Source of the DNA: Candidatus Kerfeldbacteria bacterium
GTDB lineage: Bacteria > Patescibacteriota > Patescibacteriia > SBBC01 > CAIJZX01
Assembly (NCBI GenBank): GCA_016193315.1
Contig: JACPSJ010000001.1
Location: 791,478-855,477, forward strand
DNA: 64,000 bases
Direction of reading: 5' to 3'
Numbering within the stretch: position 1 is the first letter of the stretch; the number at the start of each line of letters is the position of its first letter. This document shows, piece by piece, positions 35,995 to 47,618 of this stretch. The position numbers and the translations under genes are program-made. The notes beneath the pieces are model-generated. The model saw only the letters and a program-made list of their open reading frames with translations. It did not search any database and was not told the DNA's origin.

Positions 35995-38900
35995 CTAGCT
36001 ACAACCAGTCGTGGTGCCACACTCCATACAGATCTGGCACGAACCGTTGCGTTTCATCTTCATCGAGCCGCAGCTGGCGCAGGTGTCGCCGGTGTAGCCC
36101 TGGGCTTTGGCCGTCAGCGCTTGGTTGGCCGCCTGGCTTGGTTCGATCGGGATTGAGGCCGCTACGACGGTCGGTGCAACTGCCGTTTCTGTCTTGGCCG
36201 TCTCGGTGGTCAGCGCGGTGGGGCTGGCTAGCTCCTGGTTCTGCCCGCTCCCTGGCTTGATCTGAACAAGATCTTCGCGATTGAGGTACTCATAACCGAG
36301 CATCCGGAAGACGAAGTCGAGAATCGAGGTAGCCATTTTCACGTTGGGGTGGCCGATGACCGGGCCAGCCGGCTCGAAACGGGTGAAGGTGAAGGTATCG
36401 ACGAACTCTTCGAGCGGTACGCCGCGCTGGAGACTCTTCGAAATGGCAATGGCGAAGCAATTGATAAGCGAACGATAGGCCGCGCCTTCTTTGTACATGT
36501 CGATGAAGATTTCGCCCAGCCGGCCATCGTGATACTCGCCGGTGCGCAAGAAGACTTTGTGGCCGCCGACGATCGCTTCTTGCGTCCAGCCCACCCGCTT
36601 GGCCGGCAGTTTTTCCTTGGCCCCGCGGACGGCGACGATGTCGTTCATCATTTGCGGTGTCGGCTCGGCGACATTATCGTCGGCGGCCCCCAGGGCGGCA
36701 ATTTCATCGTCAGCGTTGACGCTGTTGAGTGGTTGGGATAGCTTTGAGCCGTCGCGGTAGAGGGCGATGGCTTTGAGCATGAATTTCCAAGCGTCCCCGT
36801 GGACTTTCTTGACATCTTCAAGCGTTGCCTCGTTCGGCATGTTGATCGTTTTCGAAATGGCGCCGGACAGGAACGGCTGAACAGCCGCCATCATTTTGAT
36901 GTGGGCCGGGTAGGGAATGTAGCGTTTGCCTTTGACGCCGCACTTGTTGGCGCAATCGAAAATCGGGTAATGTTCTTCCTTTAGGTGCGGTGCGCCTTCG
37001 ATGGTCATCGTTCCGACCACGTACTCGTTGGCGGCCTCAATCTCCTCCTGGCTGAACCCTAGCGCCTCGAGCACTTGAAAAGCGGGCTTGCCCGCCGCCG
37101 CACCCAACCCAATCCGCTCCATCGTCTCGGGACCGAGGGTGGTCGGGTTGATGACGAAGCGGATGTCAAAGGTTCCCTCCAGCGCCAGTTCAATCTTGGC
37201 CAGATCGTCGCCGGTAAAGCCTTTGGTCTTCAGCGCGGCGTGGTTGATGTGTGGCGCATCGGCCAGCGTCCCATGGCCTTGGCAGTAATCCTCGATGTCC
37301 TTGATTTGTTCATCCGAGTAGCCGAGCCGCTTCAATGACTTACTGACCGAGGCGTTGACGATCTTGAAGTATCCACCGCCGGCCAGTTTTTTGAACTTGA
37401 CAATGGCAAAATCCGGTTCGACGCCCGTCGTATCACAATCCATCACCAGCCCGATCGTCCCGGTGGGCGCAATCAGCGTGGCTTGGGCGTTGCGGAAGCC
37501 ATGCTCCTTCCCCCATTGCAGGGCTTTGTCCCACGCTTCGCGGGCAGCCTTGATCAGCGGTTCCGGTGCTTGTTTCGGATCCAGCCCCAGGGGCGTGATG
37601 GTCAAGCCTTCATATTCGCCGGGCGGAGCATTATAGGCTGCGCGACGATGATTCCGGATGACCCGCAGCATCTGCTCACGATTACGTTCATAGGCTGGAA
37701 ATGGACCGAGCAGACTGGCCAACTCGGCACTCGTGGCGTAGCTTTCGCCGGACATGATGGCCGTCAACGCCCCGGCAATCGCCAGGGCCGGCGGCGAATC
37801 GTATGGCACGCCCATGGTCATCAGCACCGTCCCCAGGTTGGCGTACCCGAGTCCGAGCGTGCGGTACAGGTACGACAAGCGGGCAATCTCTCTGCTTGGG
37901 AACTGAGCCATCAGCACGGAAATTTCCAAGACGATCGTCCATAGCCGCGTGGCGTGCTTGAAGGCCTCGAGCGAGAACGTCCCACTGTCGGCATTGTAGA
38001 AGTGCGCCAGGTTGATGGACGCTAGATTGCAGGCCGTATCGTCGAGGAACATATACTCGGAACACGGATTCGAGGCGGTAATCCGCCCGTCAGCCGGACA
38101 GGTGTGCCACTCGTTGACAGTCGTGTCGAACTGGAGACCAGGATCGGCGGACATCCAGGCCGCCTGGGCGATGTCATCCCACAGTCGCCGAGCCTTGTAG
38201 GTGGCGGCTGGCTGGCCGTTCGTTCGCCACCGCGTCTGCCAATCTTCGTTCCGCTCAACGGCCCGCATGAATTCGTTCGGGACCCGAATCGAATTATTGG
38301 AATTCTGGCCGGAGACGGTCAAATACGCTTCGCCTTCGAAGTGGGTGTCGAAGACTGGGAAATCGATCGACGATTGGCCCTGGGCGACCAGCGCCAAGCA
38401 ACGCAAGATGTAATTCAGCGGCACCCGACGCTGGAGGGCGTGGCGAACGGCTGTTTTCAGGGCCGCGTTGGTGTGGTAATCGGTGGTATTCTGTTCAGTC
38501 GCCACTCGCATGATGCCATTCAAGGCCTGGGCGTTGATCATGCTGCCGGTCACCAAGTCGGCCACCTTCTGCTCTTCCTTTGCTTTCCACCAAATGAAGT
38601 CCGTTACATCCGGATGATCGATATTAACCACCACCATTTTGGCCGCCCGGCGCGTGGTCCCGCCGGACTGAATGGCGCCGGCCGAACGGTCAAAAATCTT
38701 CAAGAACGACATCAGGCCTGAGCTATACCCCCCGCCGGACAGCTTTTCATGACGGCTGCGGAGCGAGGAAAAATTACTGCCCGTGCCGGAGCCATACTTG
38801 AACAGCCGCGCTTCCCGCGTCACCAAATCAAAAATGCCTCCTTCGTTGACCAAATCGTCTTCCAGTCGCTGAATGAAGCAGGCGTGCGGTTGCGGATGGG

Positions 38901-39519
38901 TATAGGCGTCCGCGGATCGTTTCAACACCGCCGTCCCCGGGTCGACGTAGTAATGGCCTTGCGGTGTACCGGTAATTCCGTAGGCCCAATTGAGTCCGGT
39001 GTTAAACCACTGCGGTGAATTCGGCGCGCCCATCTGTCGGATAAGCATGTGTTCCATCTCGTCCTGAAAGGCCTGCGCGTCCTCCGGCGAAAAAAAATAA
39101 CCGTGCTGCTCCCCCCACCAGCGCCAGGCCCCGGCCATCCGTCGGACCACCTCCTTGACGCTTCGCTCCGAGCCGAGGATGGGCTGACCGTCCGGGCCCA
39201 GCCGGGGCTGGCCATGTCGATCTCGCTGCGGAACCCCGGCTTTGCGGAAATACTTTTGGGCCACGATGTCCGTCGCCACCTGACTCCAGCCGACCGGCAC
39301 CTCGACGTCACGGATTTCTTTGATCACCGAGCCGTCCGGATTCTTGATCACCGAATGCCGACGCTCGTACTGCACCTGTTCGAGCGGATCCTGGCCGGCC
39401 ACAGTGAACAGGCGCTCGATTTTCAGCCCGGCCCCTCGGCGTGGCGGGGGCGGAGCCACCCGTTGGCCGGGCGCCGTTGAAATTGGCGTACGCTCGCTGG
39501 TGAGTGTCTTGGTGGTCAT
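35995..39519 (-). CDS. nrdJ: class II (adenosylcobalamin-dependent) ribonucleotide reductase
   Basis: [51 protein letters not shown]; C-terminal TSCPD-like domain and Cys4 ribbon. Confidence 0.97.
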   Translation of the reverse strand: MTTKTLTSERTPISTAPGQRVAPPPPRRGAGLKIERLFTVAGQDPLEQVQYERRHSVIKNPDGSVIKEIRDVEVPVGWSQVATDIVAQKYFRKAGVPQRDRHGQPRLGPDGQPILGSERSVKEVVRRMAGAWRWWGEQHGYFFSPEDAQAFQDEMEHMLIRQMGAPNSPQWFNTGLNWAYGITGTPQGHYYVDPGTAVLKRSADAYTHPQPHACFIQRLEDDLVNEGGIFDLVTREARLFKYGSGTGSNFSSLRSRHEKLSGGGYSSGLMSFLKIFDRSAGAIQSGGTTRRAAKMVVVNIDHPDVTDFIWWKAKEEQKVADLVTGSMINAQALNGIMRVATEQNTTDYHTNAALKTAVRHALQRRVPLNYILRCLALVAQGQSSIDFPVFDTHFEGEAYLTVSGQNSNNSIRVPNEFMRAVERNEDWQTRWRTNGQPAATYKARRLWDDIAQAAWMSADPGLQFDTTVNEWHTCPADGRITASNPCSEYMFLDDTACNLASINLAHFYNADSGTFSLEAFKHATRLWTIVLEISVLMAQFPSREIARLSYLYRTLGLGYANLGTVLMTMGVPYDSPPALAIAGALTAIMSGESYATSAELASLLGPFPAYERNREQMLRVIRNHRRAAYNAPPGEYEGLTITPLGLDPKQAPEPLIKAAREAWDKALQWGKEHGFRNAQATLIAPTGTIGLVMDCDTTGVEPDFAIVKFKKLAGGGYFKIVNASVSKSLKRLGYSDEQIKDIEDYCQGHGTLADAPHINHAALKTKGFTGDDLAKIELALEGTFDIRFVINPTTLGPETMERIGLGAAAGKPAFQVLEALGFSQEEIEAANEYVVGTMTIEGAPHLKEEHYPIFDCANKCGVKGKRYIPYPAHIKMMAAVQPFLSGAISKTINMPNEATLEDVKKVHGDAWKFMLKAIALYRDGSKLSQPLNSVNADDEIAALGAADDNVAEPTPQMMNDIVAVRGAKEKLPAKRVGWTQEAIVGGHKVFLRTGEYHDGRLGEIFIDMYKEGAAYRSLINCFAIAISKSLQRGVPLEEFVDTFTFTRFEPAGPVIGHPNVKMATSILDFVFRMLGYEYLNREDLVQIKPGSGQNQELASPTALTTETAKTETAVAPTVVAASIPIEPSQAANQALTAKAQGYTGDTCASCGSMKMKRNGSCQICMECGTTTGCS

Positions 39520-39533
39520 GGACAGCGCATGGT

Positions 39534-40034
39534 TTACGACTGTTTTTGTGGCTTCGGGCGGGCCGGAGATGGACGTCGTCGACGCTTGCGGAGCAGCCGG
39601 TTGAGCTCCTGGCGGAAGGTCTCGACGTCTTGAAATTGACGGTAAACGGAAGCGAACCGAATGTAGGCGATCTGGTCAATCCGCTGCAGCCGTTTGATCA
39701 CGATGGCGCCGATATCTTGCGAGGTGATCTCGGCCCGGCCCCGGAGTTGAATATCGCGCTCGATTTGGCCGACCAAGCGTTTGAACGTCTGGACCGTAAT
39801 GGGCCGTTTTTCGAGCGCCTTCCGCAGACCACCCTCCAGTTTCTCGCGGCTATAAGGCTCGCGCCGACCGTCTCGCTTGACCACGGTTAGGTTGAGAATC
39901 TCCACTTCCTCGATGGTTGAGAAACGGAACCCACAGCGATCACAGACCCGCCGGCGTCGGATGGCCAGGCCCTCATCGGTTACTCGGGAATCCATGACGC
40001 TCGTGTCAGCGTGGTGGCAAGAGGGGCATTTCAT
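39534..40034 (-). CDS. nrdR: transcriptional repressor NrdR
   Basis: MKCPSC..DSR..IRRRR.C..C..RFST.E, ATP-cone, AYIRFASVY. Confidence 0.97.
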   Translation of the reverse strand: MKCPSCHHADTSVMDSRVTDEGLAIRRRRVCDRCGFRFSTIEEVEILNLTVVKRDGRREPYSREKLEGGLRKALEKRPITVQTFKRLVGQIERDIQLRGRAEITSQDIGAIVIKRLQRIDQIAYIRFASVYRQFQDVETFRQELNRLLRKRRRRPSPARPKPQKQS

Positions 40035-40199
40035 GAACTAAACCTCAACAAAACAAGGGTTGGCGACCAAACATGAGCGGCCGGAACAGCCGATCACGAG
40101 CTCACGGCTGCTGAGGAAGGATGTTTTTCAATGTTCTTGTGGGTTTTGTTTTTCCGGTCGGTCTGGACGCTGGTCAGCACTGGTCAGAAATCTAGCGAA

Positions 40200-40256
40200 C
40201 CTCAAGATCTAGTAGTCAACCTGGGTAGTATACCACTAGATGTTGGGTGCGGTCAA
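40200..40256 (-). promoter_or_regulatory. tandem NrdR boxes overlapping the nrdR-nrdJ promoter
   Basis: CCTCAAGATCTAGTAG (40200-40215) and ACCACTAGATGTTGGG (40232-40247), 32 bp apart; TTGACC-N18-TATACT. Confidence 0.85.
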
Positions 40257-40361
40257 GATGGCAGAATCTCCTTCGCTCGGCTCGCCACGACCGGAAATAC
40301 TAAGGAATTCCGATCAACTCGGTCAGCCGTCGCGTCCAAGGTGTGGAAAACCAACAGTTTT

Positions 40362-41912
40362 TTAGCGCCCCAGGATATTGGTCGGCCAAACCGGCTCTGG
40401 TTCAATGACCGCACCAACGCGTTCGAACAGCCAGACCCGCTCGGCGTGGTAGCGCTGCCGATACCCCCTGGAATCCCGGAGCCAAGGAATAAGTTGTTCG
40501 AGCATGATACGTTCGTTGCGCCGATGAGCGTCTGTTTTAGTGTTTGGGCCGAACTTGCGCTCCAGAATCGCCACGTATTCCACCTGTTGAAGCCCGTTGG
40601 GGACGATTTGGACGACTGGATGCTCGTTGATATGGGCGCCGAGGTTTTGGGTGATAGCAACTGCCTTGGCTTGAGACGGAATCATGGCCAGCGCTTCAGC
40701 CACCTGCGGGGCCAGCTCTTCCTTCCAGGCTACCTGTGGCCAACGTGTTTGTGGGCTCCAAGGCCAGGGACTGAATTTCCACAGACTCAGTAGACTACCA
40801 ACGAGCACCGCTGCCACCCACATCGCTCGACCCCAACGCCAACCTGACGGCCACCGCCACTCAAACCAGCGTCTGAGGACTCGCCAGCTGAACACTAGAC
40901 CGAGGAATAAAAAAGGAATGAATAGGGCGTGGTAGTGGAAGAATAGGGTCTGGGGGTTTGGACTGTCCCACCACCAATAGAGCAGCAGTTCCGGCAACAA
41001 GAGCGCCGTGATTGGCGCCAGGAGCGGCCAGACGATGCCGAGTGGGAGTAAGAGTTGCGCCACCGCCTGAAGATGGACTCGGGTGGCCAGCAGCTCCCAA
41101 GCCCGCCGGGGGTGGAAAAGCGTGTTCAGGATCGTCCCCGGACTGGATTCCGCCTCGACGTATTTCTCAAAGATGAAATGGCTGGTCTGACCTGGTCGCG
41201 AGAGTGGGATGAAGAAAAATATTTGCGACGCCGTCCACAGCCAGGGGACCACCAGCGCCCATCCGGCCCGGCCACGATTGCCCCGCCACCAGTAGAGACC
41301 GCTGCCGAGCAAACCGAGGGTAATACCAACCTGTTCTTTCGTGATCACCGCCAACGCCACCCATAGCCAAAACATCCGATCGCGGCGATGAACGACCGCG
41401 TCGGCGGCCGCCAAAAAGAACGTTATCGCTAGCGTGACCGAGTGAAAATCAAAAAGGTTGGCGAACTGTAAGGGTGGGTAGGCGAGATAGACGAGCCCCA
41501 AGAAGACACCCAGCCAGGCTGACTTGGTCAACATTTTCGTTAACCGAAAGACAATCCACGCACCCGCGGCGAGCACCAGGGTTTGAAAAACCAGCAGGTT
41601 ATCGGCGGTCCGCCCGAACCAACTCAGCGGCGCCAAGAGAACGAGCAAGTAGTCAGCGTGAATGGCGGAACGAAGCATATTCGTTCCATGGACGCCACCC
41701 GGGCCGATTTCAGGGTTGGTAAAGGTAAAACCGCGTCCGTGGCCGACATTCCAGACCGTCTGTGACATGATCCCCAGATCGTACCAGCCGGCGTTGAAAT
41801 TGTGGGCGCGGCCGAGGGAAAACCACGAGATGATGACGATGTAGAAGACGAGACCCAGCCAGAGGATAATCTCCGGCCACGGCCACCGACGCCCGGGGGC
41901 AGTGTTCATCAT
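40362..41912 (-). CDS. DUF2079 membrane protein (GT-C-like), copy 3
   Basis: YDLG.M.Q.VWN..GRGF..HAD..LLAPL..LL..Q..FDFH..TKEQ. Confidence 0.85.
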   Translation of the reverse strand: MMNTAPGRRWPWPEIILWLGLVFYIVIISWFSLGRAHNFNAGWYDLGIMSQTVWNVGHGRGFTFTNPEIGPGGVHGTNMLRSAIHADYLLVLLAPLSWFGRTADNLLVFQTLVLAAGAWIVFRLTKMLTKSAWLGVFLGLVYLAYPPLQFANLFDFHSVTLAITFFLAAADAVVHRRDRMFWLWVALAVITKEQVGITLGLLGSGLYWWRGNRGRAGWALVVPWLWTASQIFFFIPLSRPGQTSHFIFEKYVEAESSPGTILNTLFHPRRAWELLATRVHLQAVAQLLLPLGIVWPLLAPITALLLPELLLYWWWDSPNPQTLFFHYHALFIPFLFLGLVFSWRVLRRWFEWRWPSGWRWGRAMWVAAVLVGSLLSLWKFSPWPWSPQTRWPQVAWKEELAPQVAEALAMIPSQAKAVAITQNLGAHINEHPVVQIVPNGLQQVEYVAILERKFGPNTKTDAHRRNERIMLEQLIPWLRDSRGYRQRYHAERVWLFERVGAVIEPEPVWPTNILGR

Positions 41913-43435
41913 ATAGTCCGTGGTCCGTTGAGGTAATCGGCAAAGATCGGTGGCAGGGGTTCTGGTTGGCGGTGGCGCAATCGTTGGAAGACCGTTCCGC
42001 GCTCGTGGCGAGCGACCGCCACAAACGCCGCCGACCGGGCGAAATAGTCCTGCCACACCAACAGGTTTTGCTGCTGGTTTACCATTGGTGGGTCGGCTGG
42101 CCGAGGTTCAGCCGGCCAATAGAGGACCGCGTAATCTGAGCTCGTCAAGCCGTCTGGCAGGAGATAGGCGGTCTGGCGGCTGCGCACATATTGACCAATC
42201 CCCAAACTGTAGCTAACGACCGCCGCTGTTGGCAGCCCTTCGACCAGCTGGGCGAAGGAAGTCAATTTGGGATCGTCATCAAGTGAATGTGGCTTGAAAT
42301 ACAGACTCCAGGGATTAGGACTGACCAAAACTGATCCGAAAATAGTCATCGCCGCCAAGGCCGCGGCCAGCGCCGTGCGCCCGACCGGCCGACGCCGCAG
42401 CCGTTGCTGCCACCACCGCCAGCCAAAGACCAACCCGAGGAACAAGAAGGGGATGGCCAGGACGTGGTTATGGAACTCAACCGAACGAGCTTCGGCCACC
42501 GACGACAACCAGTGGGGCAGGAGGGCGACTACGGCCAGCCAGATCCAGCGACTGAAGACGGGAAGCGCGGCCAGCGGCACAAGCAAGAGCGCGGTCGTGG
42601 TTAACATCGCCGGCCGCCACAGGCGAGCCATGAGGATTGACGGGTTAAGTAGGGAGCTTAGCTGCGCGACCGGGCTGTGGCCGAGTGTGCCGAAGTAATA
42701 GTTCATCAACAAGCCCTTCGCGCCGGCCGGTTGGAAGGTAGGGATGACCCACCAGAAATGAACAAGCGAGTAGCTGATGCCCACCAGCAAGCTCGCCCAG
42801 GCCACCGATGGTGACCGCCGTAACCACCACAACAGGAAACTCGCTGGGCCAATCAGCAAACCTATTTGCTCTTTGCTGATCAGTGCTAGACCAAACCAGA
42901 GCCAAAAAATGCCTGACCGGCGACCGGCGATGATGGCCTCAGCCGAGGCGAGGATAAATGTTGACGCCAAGGTCACGGCGTGGAACTGCCAGACCACGGC
43001 CAACTGGAGCGGGCCGTAGGTTAGATAGGCTAGCCCGGCCAGGACGGCGAACGGCCGCTGACGGACGACCAGCCAAGCCAAGCGGTAGACAAACCATCCG
43101 CCGGCCGCCACCACGGCGGCCTGAACGATTAGCAGGCTGCTGGCCGAGCGGGTGATCCAACTTAGTGGCGCCAGTAGAATCAGCAGGTAATCGGCGTGGA
43201 CGGCCAGACGGGAAACGTTCTGGCCCAAGCCGGTACTGGTGAAGGTAAAACCGTGGCCATGTCCGACATTCCAAACCGTCTGCCACATATTGCCGAGATC
43301 ACTCGAGTACCAATCGAAGACCGCCGCCTTACGAATACTGAACCAGGAGAAATAGAGGCTAAACAATCCCATCGCTAGGACCATCAACCCGGCTGATATC
43401 GTCGGTCTGTGACGAGGGGTGCCTGGTTCAGTCAT
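41909..43435 (-). CDS. DUF2079 membrane protein (GT-C-like), copy 2
   Basis: SDLGNMWQTVWN..RLAVHADY..QFH..SKEQ. Confidence 0.85.
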   Translation of the reverse strand: MTEPGTPRHRPTISAGLMVLAMGLFSLYFSWFSIRKAAVFDWYSSDLGNMWQTVWNVGHGHGFTFTSTGLGQNVSRLAVHADYLLILLAPLSWITRSASSLLIVQAAVVAAGGWFVYRLAWLVVRQRPFAVLAGLAYLTYGPLQLAVVWQFHAVTLASTFILASAEAIIAGRRSGIFWLWFGLALISKEQIGLLIGPASFLLWWLRRSPSVAWASLLVGISYSLVHFWWVIPTFQPAGAKGLLMNYYFGTLGHSPVAQLSSLLNPSILMARLWRPAMLTTTALLLVPLAALPVFSRWIWLAVVALLPHWLSSVAEARSVEFHNHVLAIPFLFLGLVFGWRWWQQRLRRRPVGRTALAAALAAMTIFGSVLVSPNPWSLYFKPHSLDDDPKLTSFAQLVEGLPTAAVVSYSLGIGQYVRSRQTAYLLPDGLTSSDYAVLYWPAEPRPADPPMVNQQQNLLVWQDYFARSAAFVAVARHERGTVFQRLRHRQPEPLPPIFADYLNGPRTI

Positions 43436-43528
43436 TCTCGCCCATTATCATGGCGACGAAATTCATACTTGACAAGCCGCTTGGTCAAACCAGATGGTCA
43501 TCGATGGCGAAACTTATTTCGGCCGTGT

Positions 43529-45058
43529 TCATGGCGGTTTGAGTTCAACCGGCCAATCCCCTGGCCACGCGCCCGGGCTTTTTCGATACAGTTGAAAATG
43601 TTCGTCAGCGTAGACGGCGGCGTAGGCCGGGGAAGTCTGGAGAAATTTCCGCAGCCGGTCAAGAAAAAGTTCCTCCTGACGCGGCCAGGAAAAGATTGGT
43701 TTGTAGAGGGCGACGACGTCAGCCTGCTGAGCGCCGCGCGGCAAGAACCAGGCAGTTTGCCGATCCTTCATCAACAGGGCTAGCCCCCGGCTGTAGGCGA
43801 CGCGGTCGGTGGGACGGATGAACTCCTCTTTTTTCCGTCGGACGACTGCCAGTTCGGGATCTCGAAGCAGGTAGGCGCTATCAAAAGTCCGCGACCAAGG
43901 AAGCAAGCCGATCAGCGTTGAACCGACGACCACCCACAGCACCAGATAACCGGTCACCACCGGGGGACGATGTCGGAACATAGCTGGCCACCAACGCTGA
44001 ATTCGCTCCCATCCGTGCATCGCCCCAAGCCATAGAAAGGGAATCGCCAGCACGTGATTGTGATAGAGCACGCTGCTCGGCGTCCAGCCTTGGGCTAACC
44101 AGTGAGGCACGAGAGCCAGAAAAGCGAAGACCATCCACGGGCTGAACAGCGGCAGAAACCCGATCGGAACGAGCAGGTAGAGGGCACTCGCAAATTCCCT
44201 GGGGCCGAAACGATCAAGCCACGTGGCCGGGTTAAAGATACTAGTCATCTGAGCGATGAGTCCTGATCCGAGGTCGCCGTAGTAAAATTGGAGGACGAAG
44301 TGTTGGCCATTCGGTGCCTGGCTGGGGATAATGAAGAAAAAATGGGCGGCGGAATATACCCAAGCCAAACCGAGGCTGGTCCAGGCCAACGCCCGACGCC
44401 CGCGGCGCCACCATAGCCACCAGCTGAGCGGCCCGACGATGAATCCGACCTGCTCCTTCGTGATCAGCAGCAGGACCAACCACAGCCAAAATACCCAGAC
44501 CCGTCGCCCGGATACCACCGCCTCGACCAGCCCGAGAATGAATGTCGGAGCCAGAGTGATTGCGTGGAATTGGTAGGTCACGGCCGTCTGCAGTGGACCA
44601 TAGAATAAATAACTGATCGCCAGGATGACCGCTGTGGTAGGCCGACCTAGGCGGCGACGCGCTAGTCGATAGACGAACCAGGCACCAGCGCCAGCAACCG
44701 CCGCCTGACTGACCAGCAACAATTCCGGGCGCGGCCAGATTCGAACCAGCGGCGCAAACGCCATCAGAAGGTAGTCGGCGTGAACAGCTAAACGGGGGGT
44801 GTTTATCCCCCATTCCTGGTGGGTGAAACTGAAGCCCTGGCCATGAGCCACGTTCCAGACCGTCTGCCACATGTTGGCCAAGTCATGCGACTGGGCATCG
44901 TACACCGCGGCGCGCCGGATGCTGAGCCAGGAAAAATAGAGTGCGAAAAGACCGATCGCCGTAATGACGGCCGCCACGGCCAGTTGGTCGACGCCCGGGC
45001 GACGGGTCAGAAGTGAGCCGGATTGTGACAGCGGGCGCCCATGGTCCGTTGAGACCAT
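43529..45058 (-). CDS. DUF2079 membrane protein (GT-C-like), copy 1
   Basis: HDLANMWQTVWN..RLAVHADY..QFH..TKEQ. Confidence 0.85.
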   Translation of the reverse strand: MVSTDHGRPLSQSGSLLTRRPGVDQLAVAAVITAIGLFALYFSWLSIRRAAVYDAQSHDLANMWQTVWNVAHGQGFSFTHQEWGINTPRLAVHADYLLMAFAPLVRIWPRPELLLVSQAAVAGAGAWFVYRLARRRLGRPTTAVILAISYLFYGPLQTAVTYQFHAITLAPTFILGLVEAVVSGRRVWVFWLWLVLLLITKEQVGFIVGPLSWWLWWRRGRRALAWTSLGLAWVYSAAHFFFIIPSQAPNGQHFVLQFYYGDLGSGLIAQMTSIFNPATWLDRFGPREFASALYLLVPIGFLPLFSPWMVFAFLALVPHWLAQGWTPSSVLYHNHVLAIPFLWLGAMHGWERIQRWWPAMFRHRPPVVTGYLVLWVVVGSTLIGLLPWSRTFDSAYLLRDPELAVVRRKKEEFIRPTDRVAYSRGLALLMKDRQTAWFLPRGAQQADVVALYKPIFSWPRQEELFLDRLRKFLQTSPAYAAVYADEHFQLYRKSPGAWPGDWPVELKPP

Positions 45059-45064
45059 GGTCGA

Positions 45065-46225
45065 CTACATCATTTTCTTCCGGATGAAGGCGGGAATCTC
45101 GAGGTCCTCTTCCTCTTTTTGTTTGGGGGTAGTTTTCGGTGCCGTCAATGGCGTCATCGGTTTTGGGCTGGGGCTGACCGGTGCGGCCATCGGTCGCTCT
45201 TGAATCGGGCGGGCTTCAAATGTTCCGCTGAGGTTGGCTTTCTTGGCTGGCCGAGATGTACCCTTGCCAAAGCCAGTGGCAATGACGGTGATTTTTAGTT
45301 CGTCTTTCAACGATTCGTCAATCACGGCACCGAAGATAATCTTGGCGTTGCTATCGGCTGATTGGGTAATGACCCGGGCCGCTTCGTTGACTTCGTACAT
45401 GCTGAGCGAGGGCCCGCCGGTGACCGTGAAGAGGATGCCGCGCGCACCGTCAATCGGCATTTCCAATAACGGGGAGTCAATCGCCGCCTTGGCTGCTTCC
45501 ACGGCCCGATTCTCGCCGGTCGCCTTGCCGATCCCCATCAGGGCCGTGCCCTGATCCTTCATGATCGACTTAACGTCGGCGAAATCAACGTTGATCAACC
45601 CCGGTACCGTGATCAACTCGGCAATCCCTTGAATCCCCTGCCGGAGCACATCATCAACCACGCTGAAGGCCTCCAGCAACGAGGTCTTCTTGTCAATAAT
45701 CTGCAGCAGGCGGTCATTCGGAATGGTAATAATCGTGTCCACCTTGTCCGCCAGTTCGGTATGACCCTGGTCAGCAATATTCTTCCGCTGGGCGCCCTCG
45801 AAGCTGAATGGTTTGGTCACCACCGCCACGGTCAAGGCCCCGACGTCCCTGGCCATGTCGGCGATCAGCGGCATGGCGCCGGTGCCGGTTCCGCCACCGA
45901 GACCGCAGGTTAGAAAAACCATGTCACTCCCCTTGACGAGTTCGTGAATCTCTTCTTGGTCTTCTTCGGCCGCTTTGCGCCCTAGCTCCGGGTCCATGCC
46001 CGCCCCCAAGCCTCGGGTGGTCGACTTGCCAATGTGGATTTTTGTCGGGGCGGCATTGTGATGCAAGGCCTGGGCGTCGGTGTTGATGGCTACGAAGTCA
46101 ATGCCGCGGATACGGTGCAGCATCATGCGGTTGACGGCCGAGCCGCCCGACCCGCCGACGCCAACCACCTTGATTTTAGCAAAGGTTTCGATCTCCGGCT
46201 TCACTTCCATACGATTGCGTGGCAT
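45065..46225 (-). CDS. ftsZ: cell division protein FtsZ
   Basis: [24 protein letters not shown]-terminal [10 protein letters not shown]. Confidence 0.98.
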   Translation of the reverse strand: MPRNRMEVKPEIETFAKIKVVGVGGSGGSAVNRMMLHRIRGIDFVAINTDAQALHHNAAPTKIHIGKSTTRGLGAGMDPELGRKAAEEDQEEIHELVKGSDMVFLTCGLGGGTGTGAMPLIADMARDVGALTVAVVTKPFSFEGAQRKNIADQGHTELADKVDTIITIPNDRLLQIIDKKTSLLEAFSVVDDVLRQGIQGIAELITVPGLINVDFADVKSIMKDQGTALMGIGKATGENRAVEAAKAAIDSPLLEMPIDGARGILFTVTGGPSLSMYEVNEAARVITQSADSNAKIIFGAVIDESLKDELKITVIATGFGKGTSRPAKKANLSGTFEARPIQERPMAAPVSPSPKPMTPLTAPKTTPKQKEEEDLEIPAFIRKKMM

Positions 46226-46276
46226 GATGCGATTAGTCTATCAGACGAAATCGTCAGGTGCAATGGCCGTTGTTTC

Positions 46277-46299
46277 AGTGAACACCTAGGGTGTTCACT
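46277..46299. promoter_or_regulatory. inverted repeat TGAACAC-N5-GTGTTCA between ftsA and ftsZ
   Basis: AGTGAACACC-TAG-GGTGTTCACT. Confidence 0.55.
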
Positions 46300-46303
46300 T
46301 GGC

Positions 46304-47548
46304 CTACGGTAAGAAGCTCTTAAACCAGCGTCGCATCCGGTCGATGGTGTCATTGACGGCCGTCAGTCGGAGCGGCAAGTGACTTAGCACTCCTCCCTTG
46401 GCATGCATCTCGGCACTCCAGCTAGCCAAACCGAGAGCGGTGGTAAAATCGGGATCTTGAATTTTGTCAATCGCGCTGGTGTAGCCGGTGGGAACTCCAA
46501 TCGTCACCGGCAACCGGAACTCCCGTTTCCCGACCTCGACCAAACCCGACAGTTTCGCGCCGCCGCCGGTGATGATGACGCCGGCCGGCAACAACCCGGA
46601 GCGATCGATGTGTTGCAATTCTCGATCGACCATTTTGAAAATCTCCTCGACCCGGGCCTCAATAATCTCAGCGATGTGGCGACGTGAGACGGCCGTGGCT
46701 TCCCCGCCGATCTCACCGAGGTTAACTTCCTCGCGCTTCTGCACTTCTTCCGACCAGGCGGTTCCGAATTCAAGCTTCACCCGCTCGGCCAGGTCGATCC
46801 CAATCCGCAAACCAATGGCCACATCGTTGGTAATGTGGCTGGCGCCAACCGGGAGAATCTTCGTGTGCATCACCTCGCCTTCCTCGAAGACCATCAGACT
46901 GGCTGTGGTCGCCCCGAGGTTCAGCACGGCCACGCCCAGCTCTTTCTGTCGCTTGCTGGCACAGGCCAGTGACGAGGCCAGGACGGCTAAAACGAGATCA
47001 TCAATGTTGACGCCGGTTCGATAGATCGCTTTTTGGAGATTTTTCATCTGGGCGCTCAGGCCTTGAATGATTTGCGCGTCGACCTCGAGCCGCATCCCAG
47101 ACATGCCGATCGGGTCTTTCACCCCATGATGGTTGTCGACCGTAAAGGACCGCGGAACGACGTGGAGAATCTCGTAGTTCGGCGGCGTGGCCACGGCTTG
47201 GGCGGCTTCGATCACTCGGTCGACATCGTTCTGCCGAATCTCTCCGTCCGCCTTAGCCACCGCCACGATGCCGTGGCTCTCTTGTGAAACGATGTGGGTG
47301 CCATTGATGGAGACGGCCGCCTGTTCAACCGGAACGCCGGTCATCCGTTCGACTTTCTCCAGGGTGGAGGAAATCGAAGACACCGCATCTTCGATGCTCG
47401 TGATGGTCCCCTTGGAAATACCTTCGGCCGGCCCTTCGGCCGCGCCGAGAATCTGCAGCCCTTCTTCGGTTGGGTGGCGTTGACCGACGACCACTCGAAC
47501 CATCGCGCTTCCAACGTCCAGTCCCGTGTGTAAATCAGCCCGTGCCAT
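46304..47548 (-). CDS. ftsA: cell division protein FtsA
   Basis: GLDVGS..GISKG.I, ILHVVP, DPIGM.G.RLE, HITND, AERVK, EARVEEI, TGGGAKL. Confidence 0.96.
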   Translation of the reverse strand: MARADLHTGLDVGSAMVRVVVGQRHPTEEGLQILGAAEGPAEGISKGTITSIEDAVSSISSTLEKVERMTGVPVEQAAVSINGTHIVSQESHGIVAVAKADGEIRQNDVDRVIEAAQAVATPPNYEILHVVPRSFTVDNHHGVKDPIGMSGMRLEVDAQIIQGLSAQMKNLQKAIYRTGVNIDDLVLAVLASSLACASKRQKELGVAVLNLGATTASLMVFEEGEVMHTKILPVGASHITNDVAIGLRIGIDLAERVKLEFGTAWSEEVQKREEVNLGEIGGEATAVSRRHIAEIIEARVEEIFKMVDRELQHIDRSGLLPAGVIITGGGAKLSGLVEVGKREFRLPVTIGVPTGYTSAIDKIQDPDFTTALGLASWSAEMHAKGGVLSHLPLRLTAVNDTIDRMRRWFKSFLP

Positions 47549-47618
47549 GCGACCAATCAATTAGCTGAAGACGCGTCATGGCTGTAGTATAGGATACCGA
47601 AGATAAAAATGCGAGGGC

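Noticed and set aside
35995-39519. Intein or intron in the long nrdJ
   Set aside because: No intein splice or LAGLIDADG motifs were seen; the length is explained by known insert and C-terminal domains.
40131-40793. 220-aa plus-strand ORF
   Set aside because: Overlaps the NrdR boxes/promoter and the antisense strand of a DUF2079 gene; no protein motif.
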